A DNA stretch of 64,000 bases from an uncultured Alphaproteobacteria bacterium (GTDB lineage: Bacteria; Pseudomonadota; Alphaproteobacteria; UBA7985): positions 2,621-66,620 of the forward strand of contig CAJQLX010000006.1 of assembly GCA_905479265.1 (NCBI GenBank), written 5' to 3'. A program made the position numbers and the translations under genes. The notes below the pieces were generated by a model. The model saw only the letters and a list, made by a program, of their open reading frames with translations, was not told where the DNA came from and did not search any database. Of this stretch, positions 27,193 through 36,684 are shown piece after piece. The first letter of the stretch is position 1, and each line of letters begins with the position of its first letter.

Positions 27193-28227
27193 TCAATCGC
27201 CTTGCCTGTGACGTTTCAGCGCGATCATCCGCGCCTGCTGCCGGGTTCGGCTTTCGGCGGTGCCATTATCAAAACTTCCAAACCACCGGTCCCACGGCAT
27301 GTCGACCGTACCGTAGTTACACTCGAAATAGCGATGATGCAGCTGGTGAAAGAAATCACCGGCCCGCATCCGCTGCTTATCTCGGACCACCAGCTGCTCA
27401 AACCCTGAGTGGGAAAAGGGCGGGCTGAGATTTTGCAAGCAGGCGTGGAAGACAACAAGGATGGGATGGCTTGGGATGACCAAATGGATCAGCAGCGTGG
27501 AGTAATACAGTACATGCTCGACGGGATGCATCGAGACGCCAGACCACGGCCCAACATTGATGTTTTTGTGGTGCAGACCATGCGCGACCCGGTACAGCGG
27601 CGGCCAATGTAAAAAACGGTGAACCCAATAAAAATGCAGGCTGCTCCAGATTGGAATAACAACCAGCGCGACAGCAAACCAAACCAACCAGCCGGGTTGG
27701 TCAAAGGATAATGTAAAGGTTGGCACCCAGCCGTTTGCGGCGATCCAGTGATAGAAAACCTCAAACCCAGCCAGCAGACCCGCGCCACTGACCAGCGAGA
27801 AAAAGACGTTCTCATGAACCTGATTGTTGAACAGGAACTGTCGGTTCTTCGTGGCTTGCTTTCGCGGATCAAACTTAAAGGCTTCACCCTGCCCCTGCAT
27901 CGTGATGAACCAAAAATGCAAACCGCCCGCGACCAGTGTCAGAAACAGGATATGCCGTGCCCAGATTTGGAGCACCCAACCTGGCGATAAGGTTTTCATG
28001 GTTTCCGCAGAGGGCAAAAGCCAGGCCCCGATCAGGGCAAAGGTAAAGATAATCACCACGCTTGAAAGCTGAAGCCATGAGCGCGCCAGCCAGCCCAAGG
28101 CGGCAGATGGGCTTGGAGGCCATTGAAACAGCGGTGACATAGCAATGGGGAGCTCGGGATTGTGTAACCATCCCTTCGCTTCATTTCTGGCAACGGGCGT
28201 GTCAGGTGTTTGCGATTTCTCGGTCAT
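27193..28227 (-). CDS. Sterol desaturase / fatty-acid hydroxylase family membrane protein
   Basis: 344 aa; multiple TM helices and the His-box triad HRFLH, HGLHH, HQLHH. Confidence 0.7.
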   Translation of the reverse strand: MTEKSQTPDTPVARNEAKGWLHNPELPIAMSPLFQWPPSPSAALGWLARSWLQLSSVVIIFTFALIGAWLLPSAETMKTLSPGWVLQIWARHILFLTLVAGGLHFWFITMQGQGEAFKFDPRKQATKNRQFLFNNQVHENVFFSLVSGAGLLAGFEVFYHWIAANGWVPTFTLSFDQPGWLVWFAVALVVIPIWSSLHFYWVHRFLHWPPLYRVAHGLHHKNINVGPWSGVSMHPVEHVLYYSTLLIHLVIPSHPILVVFHACLQNLSPPFSHSGFEQLVVRDKQRMRAGDFFHQLHHRYFECNYGTVDMPWDRWFGSFDNGTAESRTRQQARMIALKRHRQGD

Positions 28228-28290
28228 GGGAGCCTCTTTTTCGGAGCGACATCTACCGCCATGACCCGCAGTTTCCGCTCCGTCAAGCGT

Positions 28291-29742
28291 TTAAGCAGGC
28301 AACGTCGCAAGCCGGATACCGGCCATCGCCTGCGCGACGCGAAACACTTGTTGGGCGTAGCCAAATTCATTGTCATACCAAACATAGACGACCGCGCGCT
28401 GCCCTTCGACAATGGTTGCTGCACCGTCAATCACCCCGGCGTGTCGGCTTCCCACCAAGTCAGAGGAAACCAGCTCGGTGCTCCATCGAAAGCCAATCTG
28501 CTTCTGGTATATGGCCGAGATCGAGGCCTGCTCTAGCAGATCATTCACCGCGTCGACCGTCGTTTGCCGGCTGAGGGTAAGGTTCAAAATGGCCAGCGAA
28601 ACATTGGGGGTTGGCACGCGTATGGCGTTACCGGTCAACTTCCCCGCAAGCGGCGGATAGGCCTTTGCGACGGCCTTTGCCGCGCCGGTTGAGGTAATCA
28701 CCATATTCAGCGCCGCACTCCGACCGCGCCGATCGGCCTTGTGGAAGTTGTCGATCAGGTTTTGGTCATTGGTGAACGAATGCACCGTTTCGATGTGGCC
28801 CTGAACAATGCCAAAGGCCTCGTCCAGCACCTTTAAAACCGGCGTCGAGGCATTGGTGGTACACGATGCGGCAGAGATGATCTTTTGGTCGGCGATTGCC
28901 TCGTCATTGACGCCAAAAACGATGTTTGGCACGTCGCCCTTTGCCGGCGCGGTTAGTAACACCTTTTCGACGCCCTTGGCGCTGAGGTGTTGTCCCAAGC
29001 CCGCCTCGTCGCTCCAAACACCCGTATTGTCGATCAGGATCGCGTTTTTGATGCCAAATGCGCCGTAGTCAATCCCAGCGGGGTGAGGCGCATAGATGAA
29101 CTGGATCCGATTGCCGTTAGCGATCAGGCACAGGCTGTCTTCATCGACTTCAATTGTCGCGTTGAAGGCACCGTGAATGCTGTCCGTCCGCAGCAAGGAC
29201 GCGCGCTTTCTGAGATCGGCTTTAGGGTCTTTGCTGGGCCGACACACCACCGCTCGCAGGTTAAGCAAGGCTGCCGGGCCAGAGCGCTCGATGTAGTTCC
29301 GGGCCATCAGGCGCCCGATGCGGCCAAAACCATAGAGAACCACGTCCTGCGCCTCATTGGGCAGGTTTTGCGCGTTTGCCGCGTCAATCTCACCGTCGAG
29401 ATTGATGTTTTCCGACAAGATCCTCCCAACATCCAAGCGACAGGGTTTGATCGCTTGCGTAAGCAAGCCTTCGAGGACAGGCACAGTTTGCTGCAAATCA
29501 AGATCGGCGGCTCTGTGTGCGATAATCATATCATTGGCCGTCCCACCGAGTGTCACGCGCCCTTTGATCCGAATCAGAACGCCCTTGAGGCGGTTAAGCT
29601 GCGTCACAGCCAGCGCAAAGCGTTCGGCAAGCGCCTGCTCATGGGACCATTGCCGCATCTCTTCAGCGGCAGGTGAAACCAACATCAACTGTTTCCTTCC
29701 AAGTTCGGAAGGTACCTTTCCCAATGATCGCTGCATTCTCAA
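28291..29742 (-). CDS. Glyceraldehyde-3-phosphate dehydrogenase family, long form with about 140-aa N-terminal extension
   Basis: Catalytic SCTTN motif and C-terminal WYDNEFGY; Rossmann GFGRIGR after a long N-terminal extension (as in some gamma-proteobacterial long GAPDH paralogs). Confidence 0.75.
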   Translation of the reverse strand: MRMQRSLGKVPSELGRKQLMLVSPAAEEMRQWSHEQALAERFALAVTQLNRLKGVLIRIKGRVTLGGTANDMIIAHRAADLDLQQTVPVLEGLLTQAIKPCRLDVGRILSENINLDGEIDAANAQNLPNEAQDVVLYGFGRIGRLMARNYIERSGPAALLNLRAVVCRPSKDPKADLRKRASLLRTDSIHGAFNATIEVDEDSLCLIANGNRIQFIYAPHPAGIDYGAFGIKNAILIDNTGVWSDEAGLGQHLSAKGVEKVLLTAPAKGDVPNIVFGVNDEAIADQKIISAASCTTNASTPVLKVLDEAFGIVQGHIETVHSFTNDQNLIDNFHKADRRGRSAALNMVITSTGAAKAVAKAYPPLAGKLTGNAIRVPTPNVSLAILNLTLSRQTTVDAVNDLLEQASISAIYQKQIGFRWSTELVSSDLVGSRHAGVIDGAATIVEGQRAVVYVWYDNEFGYAQQVFRVAQAMAGIRLATLPA

Positions 29743-29843
29743 TGGATGCCCTTGGTGGTGGGCCGTTAAACCGGGGCTTTTGCGCGCATGCCCGGTTTGA
29801 GTTGGAATGTGTACCCTCCCTACCCTCGCTTTGACCGAACAAC

Positions 29844-30470
29844 GTGTTACAAATAGCCGGGATGACAGCGGAGGACCCTATGATGAGCGCAACCAAGCCC
29901 ATGACTGATCGATACCCCAACCCCGAGCTGGCGGATCTTCCCACGGACATCCGAGACAAGATTTTGGGTGTGCAGGAAAAAGCCGGGTTTGTGCCGAATG
30001 TATTTTTGACCCTCGCACGGCGTCCAGAAGAGTTCCGAGCGTTCTTCGCCTATCACGATGCCGTCATGGAGCGGGCTGAATCGCGCCTCACCAAAGGCGA
30101 GCGCGAAATGATTGTCACGGCGACTTCAGCGCTCAATTCCTGCCTTTACTGCGTGGTCGCTCACGGTGCGGTGTTGAGAATTCGGGAAAAGAGCAACATT
30201 GTTTCCGACCAGATCGCGACCAACCATCGAAAAGCGGATATCACACCGCGCCAGCGCGCCATGTTGGATTTCGCCATGAAGGTCGCTGGACCGGACTCTT
30301 CGGCGGTTGGCGACGACGATTTTGCGCTGCTGCATGCCCACGGCTTTGATGATGAAGACATCTGGGACATTTCCGCCATTACTGCGTTTTTTGGGCTGTC
30401 CAATCGGTTGGCGAACACCACCGGCATGCTGCCGAATGTTGAATTTTACACCATGGGTCGCGGATTCTAG
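29844..30470 (+). CDS. Carboxymuconolactone decarboxylase / AhpD-like peroxidase-related enzyme
   Basis: CxxxH motif (CLYCVVAHGAV) within an AhpD-like core; the start is probably one of the internal Mets (MMSATKPM). Confidence 0.7.
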   Translation: MLQIAGMTAEDPMMSATKPMTDRYPNPELADLPTDIRDKILGVQEKAGFVPNVFLTLARRPEEFRAFFAYHDAVMERAESRLTKGEREMIVTATSALNSCLYCVVAHGAVLRIREKSNIVSDQIATNHRKADITPRQRAMLDFAMKVAGPDSSAVGDDDFALLHAHGFDDEDIWDISAITAFFGLSNRLANTTGMLPNVEFYTMGRGF

Positions 30471-30625
30471 TGAAGCGACCCCAGATCCCCCCACCTCTCA
30501 ACAATTCGCATTTCATCACCTTTCCTTGATTGCCTTGGTCTTGGGCAGTTCCAGCCTAGGTTATGTCACGGAGTCTAATTATGGTGCCTGTAGATACAGT
30601 CATCACCGCTTGAGAGGTATAATAC

Positions 30626-31156
30626 GTGTTTAGCAAAATCCAGAATGGCCGGCTTGTTGTTGATCGTCGCGATGTCATCCGTGGCGGCCTTGCCGCTGGT
30701 GCCGCAGCCTTGTTGCCCGCCGGTATGGCGCATGCCAAAGGCGAGCAGCCCATTGGCCAAAAGCAGACCATCGATCTTGGCGATGCAACATCTGTTGACG
30801 TGACGGCCCTAGAGCCGGGCGAGCTGGCCGTTGTGTTCATGAACGGGACTTTTGTCGGTATTCTCCGCCGGACAGAGGACCAGCAAGCTGCTGCTGGTGC
30901 TGTTGATGGCGCAATGTCTGGCGAAACCGATGATGAGCGGACGGTTAATCCCGAATACTTGGTGGCCGAACTCAAGTGTCTGCACCGTGGGTGCTACGTC
31001 GCCTATACTGGTGAAGCCGAGAATGCGTTTACCTGCCCTTGTCACCGCACCACGTTTGACGCCGCTGGCCGTGTCATTTCAGGCAAAACGTCCAAATCCC
31101 TGCCATTTATCGGCCATTCCGTCAAAGACGGCATCGTCTCTTTCGCTGAAGGCTGA
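30626..31156 (+). CDS. Rieske [2Fe-2S] domain protein with Tat signal
   Basis: Twin-arginine region RRDVIRGGLAAGAAALL; Rieske boxes CLHRGC and CPCHRTTFD. Confidence 0.75.
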   Translation: MFSKIQNGRLVVDRRDVIRGGLAAGAAALLPAGMAHAKGEQPIGQKQTIDLGDATSVDVTALEPGELAVVFMNGTFVGILRRTEDQQAAAGAVDGAMSGETDDERTVNPEYLVAELKCLHRGCYVAYTGEAENAFTCPCHRTTFDAAGRVISGKTSKSLPFIGHSVKDGIVSFAEG

Positions 31157-31234
31157 GACTAAGCCCGAGCATACCGCTGATTTGCTGGCGCTATCGGCGC
31201 GGCAAGTCTGCGGTATCTCGTTGCTGCTCTCTCA

Positions 31235-32557
31235 TCACAATCCGTTTTTAGCCTTGGGCCGCTCTTCGCCCGCACGACCGTCTTGGATGCGCTGGGCCGT
31301 TCCCTTTCGCTGAGCCTCGTAAACCTCGTCACTCAAGGTCTCGCGCAAGGCGTCGAGCCGAAGTCCGTGCGTTCTAGGCGTCATCCGCCCTTGGCTGGCC
31401 ATGCCATCCCAGCGGGCTCGCGCGGCTTGGCGTTTCTTGACCTGATGAGGCTGAACCGTGCTCATATGATCTGCATCTAAGCGGCTTCCTGTCACCAAGT
31501 AGCCAGCGGCAACAGCGCGAGCGACCAAGTCAGCCCCTGCCTTTGTTCGCACAATAACAGCGTTTGTGCCGGGATCGTCAGCCTCAATCGCTGGGTCGGG
31601 TGCACCGCCGGGCCAATTATCCGCCGCAGCGATATCAGCACCTTCGCCGATGCCATCGGGACAGATTTTACACCGCCATGGCACATTCCAGCTCTTCTCG
31701 TCTTCGCCCCAGTATTCGGTGTAGGTCGCCGCGTGAGATTGACCATCGGCGGTTTTAAACGTCGTTGGACCGGGACAACCAAAACCGCGATAGCGAAAGC
31801 TCTCTATCTCCGGTTTTTGGACCCCATGGTGGTTTTCGATAAACGCTTCGGTTGCCTTGGGCGAGGCAAAGCCGCCGCATACCGGTGTCAGAAAGTATTT
31901 AATCAGTTGGTTGACCCGCGCATCTCGACGCGCCAGCGCGCGCAGGGCGGAAATATCGCAAGGTTTCCCGACAAAGGCGAATGGTCGGCCCTTGTCGAGG
32001 TTTTGGTGCACCGTTTGCAGCACAGCCGTTGGGCCATAGCGCGACCCTGCGCCCGCCAGAACCTCAGCCGCTGTTTCGCTAACATGGGGCTGACCAAAGG
32101 TTGGATCGTTGCCGCCGGCTTTGGCGTGGAGCAGAAACTCGACCTCGCCACTGTCGACGAGGAATTGTCCCAATGCCGTCAAAACCCCGCCCGTGGACCC
32201 CTCGTGTCGCACAGCCGGATCACCGGCCCAAGCCTCGACAAAGCTTTCATGCGGTCCCCAAACCAAATCACGGGATGAGGCTTGCGCCGCGAGATCAGCT
32301 GGCAAGGCTTCGACGCGTGTTCCGGGGCAAGTATCATAAATGGCGTCAACAGTTTCGTGGCTCAACGCGCCAACCACCAAGGGACGTTCAAACCCACTGT
32401 CGACAACCTGCATCTTCACAGATTCAGGCCCAGCAAGGGATTCACACAGGCCGCACCCGATACACATGCCCTCTTCGACGATGCGATAAAGGCGATCTTC
32501 GGGCGTCGGCGCGGGCGTCGGTGCGGAGGGGGGTGCGGGTTTGGATGGGGTCATCAT
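31235..32557 (-). CDS. FrhB/FdhB-family protein (coenzyme F420 hydrogenase/dehydrogenase beta-subunit-like), N-terminal 4Fe-4S cluster motif
   Basis: 440 aa; CIGCGLC ferredoxin-like motif then FrhB_FdhB N/C domains; Pro/Ala-rich N-terminal linker. Confidence 0.65.
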   Translation of the reverse strand: MMTPSKPAPPSAPTPAPTPEDRLYRIVEEGMCIGCGLCESLAGPESVKMQVVDSGFERPLVVGALSHETVDAIYDTCPGTRVEALPADLAAQASSRDLVWGPHESFVEAWAGDPAVRHEGSTGGVLTALGQFLVDSGEVEFLLHAKAGGNDPTFGQPHVSETAAEVLAGAGSRYGPTAVLQTVHQNLDKGRPFAFVGKPCDISALRALARRDARVNQLIKYFLTPVCGGFASPKATEAFIENHHGVQKPEIESFRYRGFGCPGPTTFKTADGQSHAATYTEYWGEDEKSWNVPWRCKICPDGIGEGADIAAADNWPGGAPDPAIEADDPGTNAVIVRTKAGADLVARAVAAGYLVTGSRLDADHMSTVQPHQVKKRQAARARWDGMASQGRMTPRTHGLRLDALRETLSDEVYEAQRKGTAQRIQDGRAGEERPKAKNGL

Positions 32558-33240
32558 GATTTGAAGAAACCCCCTTTGCCACTTGCGTCTTTCTTCAGCA
32601 TCGCCGCAGCAGCTTCGAATTCTGCTGTCGCTTGCTGGGTCTGCGGGACGTCCATCAGCGCGTCGAAAACCGCTGGTGCAAGGGTAAAGGTATCGTGTCC
32701 GCGTGTTGCGAGGGAAAGGACTTGATCGGCGGACCGTAAACTGGCCAGAAGCACCCGCGGACTGCCCTGAGCGATCGTCTTCATTGCATCAACAACTTGG
32801 TCTGCATCCTGCCCTGATTCTTTGATCCGGCCATAATAGGGCGCGATGTAGCGTGCGCCGCAACTGGCCGCCAACACAGCTTGCCGCGCGTCAAACGCAG
32901 CGGTGAGTGTGATGGGTGCATCCTTTGGCAACAAAGGTAGAATCGCGAGACCTTCGGCTGTCAGCGGCACCTTGGCCGTCACGCCGTCTTGCCAACGATC
33001 GAAGAAGCGCGCCATCTGCTTGGCGGCGTCGCGAGGATGGTTCAGGCCGTAAACCTGAAACTGTACCGACGTCAGCCCCATGTCCTTTGCGCTGTCGATC
33101 AGTCGAAAAACCGTCTTTCGGTTTAGATCCACGCTTTGCTTTTTAAAGATGAGCGGATTGGTTGTTGCACCATAAAGCACGCCGCGCTTTGCCCACTTTT
33201 CCCAATCATCGGTAAGTGCACTGTCGATATAGAGCCGCAT
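32554..33240 (-). CDS. Transaldolase-family protein (fructose-6-phosphate aldolase/TalC-like)
   Basis: 228 aa; MRLYIDSA..TTNP and active-site Lys region typical of the class I aldolase TalC/FSA subfamily. The FrhB-like stop (32554) overlaps this gene's start region by 4 bp. Confidence 0.75.
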   Translation of the reverse strand: MRLYIDSALTDDWEKWAKRGVLYGATTNPLIFKKQSVDLNRKTVFRLIDSAKDMGLTSVQFQVYGLNHPRDAAKQMARFFDRWQDGVTAKVPLTAEGLAILPLLPKDAPITLTAAFDARQAVLAASCGARYIAPYYGRIKESGQDADQVVDAMKTIAQGSPRVLLASLRSADQVLSLATRGHDTFTLAPAVFDALMDVPQTQQATAEFEAAAAMLKKDASGKGGFFKS

Positions 33241-33394
33241 GTTTCATCCCTTGAGTTTCTCATGTCGGTCTCGCCTGACCAACTCAACCCGTCAAGCCCC
33301 GCCGGTAGGCTTCCCGCTATTTTACATATTGACCGTCATTGGTTTATATTGGAGTACCCTTGGTCAAGACAGACAAAGATGATAGGAACCCACA

Positions 33395-33826
33395 ATGGAT
33401 TTCTCGAATTTTACACCCGGCGCAGCCTCAATCGGCGGATTGCTGATTGGCGCTTCTGGTCTCATCCTTTTCGCCCTCTTGGGGCGGCAAGCGGGGGTGA
33501 GCTCTGTCGCTGGTGGCTTGCTTCGATTTGACCTGCGCGATCTTGACTGGCGCTTGGCATTTATCGGCGGGATCGTCGTTGGGCCACTGGTGGTTGCATT
33601 TGTTCGTGGCTCTGAGCTTCCCTTTGAAATTACGTTCAATCCATGGATGCTTGTGGCCGCAGGCTTGCTGGTTGGCTTTGGCACACGGCTGGGCAATGGT
33701 TGCACCAGCGGGCATGGCATTTGCGGGGTTTCACGGTTTTCGGTGCGCTCTATTGTTGCGGTGGTCACATTTGTCGGGGTCGGCGTTCTTGTTGCGACCT
33801 TGGCTCGTTTGGGAGGGCTTTCATAA
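33395..33826 (+). CDS. YeeE/YedE family membrane protein (sulfur/thiosulfate transport-related), first half
   Basis: 143 aa; GxGxxLxxGC..G motif (FGTRLGNGCTSGHGICG). Confidence 0.8.
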   Translation: MDFSNFTPGAASIGGLLIGASGLILFALLGRQAGVSSVAGGLLRFDLRDLDWRLAFIGGIVVGPLVVAFVRGSELPFEITFNPWMLVAAGLLVGFGTRLGNGCTSGHGICGVSRFSVRSIVAVVTFVGVGVLVATLARLGGLS

Positions 33827-34263
33827 TGCGCGCCGCTGTAGCCGCCCTTGCGGGCCTGATTTTCGGCATTGGTTTGACCATTGCGGAAATGACAAACCCG
33901 GCCAAAGTCTTGGCTTTCCTCGATGTGTTTAGCGGTCAGTGGGATCCCTCTTTGATCTTTGTGATGGGCGCGGGGATTGCTCTCTATGGCGCTGGCTTTT
34001 TGATCTTGAAGCGTCGGACCGCGCCCGTGATGGGCGATCGGTTTCATTTACCAACCGCTCAAGGCATCGACACGCCATTGATCGCCGGTGCCGTGCTGTT
34101 TGGGGCTGGATGGGGCTTGGTTGGTCTTTGCCCCGGCCCCGCGTTTGCCGCGCTGAGCCTTGGGGGCGCGCCTGTGTTGATTTTCATGGCCGCAAACCTC
34201 GCTGGAATGTATGCTTTTGAGCTTGTTGGACCGCGGATGACCCGCGGCCAAACGGCGGCCTGA
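33826..34263 (+). CDS. YeeE/YedE-like membrane protein, second half (DUF6691-type)
   Basis: Start ATG overlaps the upstream stop (TAATG); conserved GWGLVGLCPGPA motif. Confidence 0.75.
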   Translation: MRAAVAALAGLIFGIGLTIAEMTNPAKVLAFLDVFSGQWDPSLIFVMGAGIALYGAGFLILKRRTAPVMGDRFHLPTAQGIDTPLIAGAVLFGAGWGLVGLCPGPAFAALSLGGAPVLIFMAANLAGMYAFELVGPRMTRGQTAA

Positions 34264-34271
34264 CACCAAGA

Positions 34272-34997
34272 ATGAGCGTGAAACGCCCTCAGATCATGGG
34301 CCATCGCGGCGCGCCGTCGTTGGCACCAGAGAACACGCTTCTTGGCTTCAAAACCGCGTTTCAAGCAGGAGCGCTTTGGACGGAAACGGACGTTTCCCTG
34401 TTGGGAGACGGCACGCCGGTTATCTTCCACGATGCAACAATGGACCGCTGCACCGATCGCAGCGGTTCCATTGCCGCCCTATCCTTGGACGACTTGCAGC
34501 GTGTCAACGCAAACCAGCAGCATCCAGCAGCGGGTTTTCAGGCCATTCCAACGTTGGCAGCAGCCTTGGACTGCTTTGCCGATCTTGGGATGGGCGTAAA
34601 TTTGGAGCTCAAGCGCCACGACCACGTTCCCCCCGCAGCCTTGGTCGATGCTGTGCATCCGGTTCTTTCCAGCGGACCTTTGCCCAAAGAACGCGTGTTG
34701 CTGTCCAGCTTTGATTTCGATGTTCTGAAGCTTGCCCGCGCTGCCTTTCCCGGCTGGTCCATCGCCGTGATCGCAGAAAACGCAACGTCAGAGGTGTTCG
34801 AGGTTGCGCAACAAATCAAGGCCGACGCGCTCAATTTGTGGTGGGAAACGCTGTCATATGACGATGTTCAGCGTACGCGAGCACAAGGTATGACGGTCAA
34901 CGTCTGGACCGCTAACGAGCCAGACAAAGTTCGCTCCATGGTTGACTGGGGCGTCGCCGGTTTCATGTCAGATTGCCCGCAAAACTTCCGCTTCTAA
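34272..34997 (+). CDS. Glycerophosphodiester phosphodiesterase family protein
   Basis: 241 aa; HRG..PENT motif (IMGHRGAPSLAPENTLLGF) and E/D metal ligands of the GDPD fold. Confidence 0.8.
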   Translation: MSVKRPQIMGHRGAPSLAPENTLLGFKTAFQAGALWTETDVSLLGDGTPVIFHDATMDRCTDRSGSIAALSLDDLQRVNANQQHPAAGFQAIPTLAAALDCFADLGMGVNLELKRHDHVPPAALVDAVHPVLSSGPLPKERVLLSSFDFDVLKLARAAFPGWSIAVIAENATSEVFEVAQQIKADALNLWWETLSYDDVQRTRAQGMTVNVWTANEPDKVRSMVDWGVAGFMSDCPQNFRF

Positions 34998-35089
34998 TCG
35001 TTTGCAGAAACGACACCTGAGTCGCGCCAAAGATGGCGTGGGCGAATGGCTGGTCTAGACCAAGGAAAACCAGCGAAGGGTGCACCATG

Positions 35090-35923
35090 TCCGATTATAA
35101 AAAGCCTGCCCATTGGGCCGTGGGCAAGAACAAGCTATTCCCCCACCAAGTCGGCTTTACCTGTCCGCCCCATGATTTTGACGCGGCGCCCTCGGACTTT
35201 CTACGGATTGCGCCCGCCACCGTGGGCGTTCACGGCCGGATGCTGCATGTCCCTGACTACGAGCATCAACTCGATCAGCGCAAAAGCAACTTTGGCTTGC
35301 TGGAAGAATTCGTGGAGTGCATGGCCAATAACGGCGCAGACGTCTGCGGACAAGTTGGCTCCAACTGGGTCCATGCCAGCGGTTTAGGGGTCGAGGGCAT
35401 TCGCCAGCACTGTGAGATGCTGTCGGACAAGTACGAGACCACTTTCCACATGGCTGGTTACGCGATGGTTGAGGCGTTGCGCGCCATGAATGTGGAGAAG
35501 GTCGCTTTGAATGGCGTTTACCACTGGCCTACATGGTGGCAAGGAACCGCCAACTTCCTCCGCGAAGCGGGTTTTGATGTTCTCTACGCAGGTAACTTTG
35601 TGGATCAGGGCTTCATTGCTTCGCAAGAGGAATGCAACGCTGCGATTTGGTGCTTTGATGGTGATTTAGCCTCCAAATCCATGGCTTACGTGGCGGAGCA
35701 AGCCCCGCAGGCCGATGCTTATCTTGCCAACGGCATGTGCAATTTCCGCTCTGGCCCCAATGGACAGGCGCAGCGGTTTGTTCATCTGGAAGTCGAGCTT
35801 GAGGCACAATTGGGCAAGCCGGTTATCACGCACGACAACGCCCTTTACTGGCGGATATTCAAGTCGCTGGGGCTCGCACCCGTAACCCAGCAAGGCAGCC
35901 TGCTTTCCAGCCTGAAAGACTAA
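35090..35923 (+). CDS. Asp/Glu/hydantoin racemase superfamily protein (maleate isomerase / arylmalonate decarboxylase-like)
   Basis: About 278 aa from MSDYKKPAHWAV; Cys-containing blocks and overall pattern resemble this family; moderate confidence. The ORF-track alternative start at 35033 is unlikely. Confidence 0.5.
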   Translation, partial: SDYKKPAHWAVGKNKLFPHQVGFTCPPHDFDAAPSDFLRIAPATVGVHGRMLHVPDYEHQLDQRKSNFGLLEEFVECMANNGADVCGQVGSNWVHASGLGVEGIRQHCEMLSDKYETTFHMAGYAMVEALRAMNVEKVALNGVYHWPTWWQGTANFLREAGFDVLYAGNFVDQGFIASQEECNAAIWCFDGDLASKSMAYVAEQAPQADAYLANGMCNFRSGPNGQAQRFVHLEVELEAQLGKPVITHDNALYWRIFKSLGLAPVTQQGSLLSSLKD

Positions 35924-35928
35924 ACCAA

Positions 35929-36684
35929 ATGACTAAGATACTTGCGCTTTGGGCCGTTCCGCGTTCGACGTCGACAGCCTTTGAATGGATGATGCGCCAG
36001 CGGGGCGATTTTACGTGTTTGCACGAGCCTTATGGCGAGGCTTGGTATCAGGGCGATGATCCGCTGTGGCCACGCCTGACTGCCGACAGTGTTCGAACGC
36101 CGGGGCTGACCATGGCTGGGGTTCATGCGCATTTGCAGAATTTGGCGGCGCAAGGGCCCGTCTTTTCCAAGGATTTCCCGCTTTATATCGATCATATGTG
36201 GAACGATGAGCTCTTCGACATGTTCAATCACTCGTTCCTGATCCGAGACCCGGCAAAAACCATAGCGTCCATGTTCAAGCACTGGCCCGATTTCCACATT
36301 AAGGAAACGGGCTTTAAGGAGCAGAGGGCGCTTTTCGACATCATCACCGAACGCCAAGGCGGAACCCCGCCGCCGGTGATTGATAGCGACGATGTGCTCG
36401 CCAACCCGCATGGTGTCGTTCGGGCCTGGTGTGATGCCGTTGGCATTCCGTTTATTGAAGCGGCGCTGAGTTGGGAGCCCGGCCCCCGAGATGAAGTGAG
36501 CTGGTGGGACGGTGGGTCGTTCCATGAACTGCTGCGGAACTCCAGCGGCCTGAAACCGCAACCACGCTATGACCGGCAACCGGTCAGTGAGATGCCGGAA
36601 CGGGTGCAGGAGGTCTATGCTGAGGTGCAGCCGCACTATGAGCATTTATACGCGCATCGTTTGCGGGTCGAAGGCGGATCCTAG
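35929..36684 (+). CDS. Sulfotransferase-family protein (putative PAPS-dependent)
   Basis: 251 aa; N-terminal LWAVPRSTSTAFEWMM resembles the 5'-phosphosulfate-binding loop (PKxGTT-like) of sulfotransferases; recognised only by this motif and size. Confidence 0.45.
   Translation: MTKILALWAVPRSTSTAFEWMMRQRGDFTCLHEPYGEAWYQGDDPLWPRLTADSVRTPGLTMAGVHAHLQNLAAQGPVFSKDFPLYIDHMWNDELFDMFNHSFLIRDPAKTIASMFKHWPDFHIKETGFKEQRALFDIITERQGGTPPPVIDSDDVLANPHGVVRAWCDAVGIPFIEAALSWEPGPRDEVSWWDGGSFHELLRNSSGLKPQPRYDRQPVSEMPERVQEVYAEVQPHYEHLYAHRLRVEGGS

Noticed and set aside
28987-29676. 229-aa plus-strand ORF antisense to the long GAPDH gene
   Set aside because: The minus-strand gene carries the SCTTN and WYDNEFGY motifs; the antisense translation has no features.
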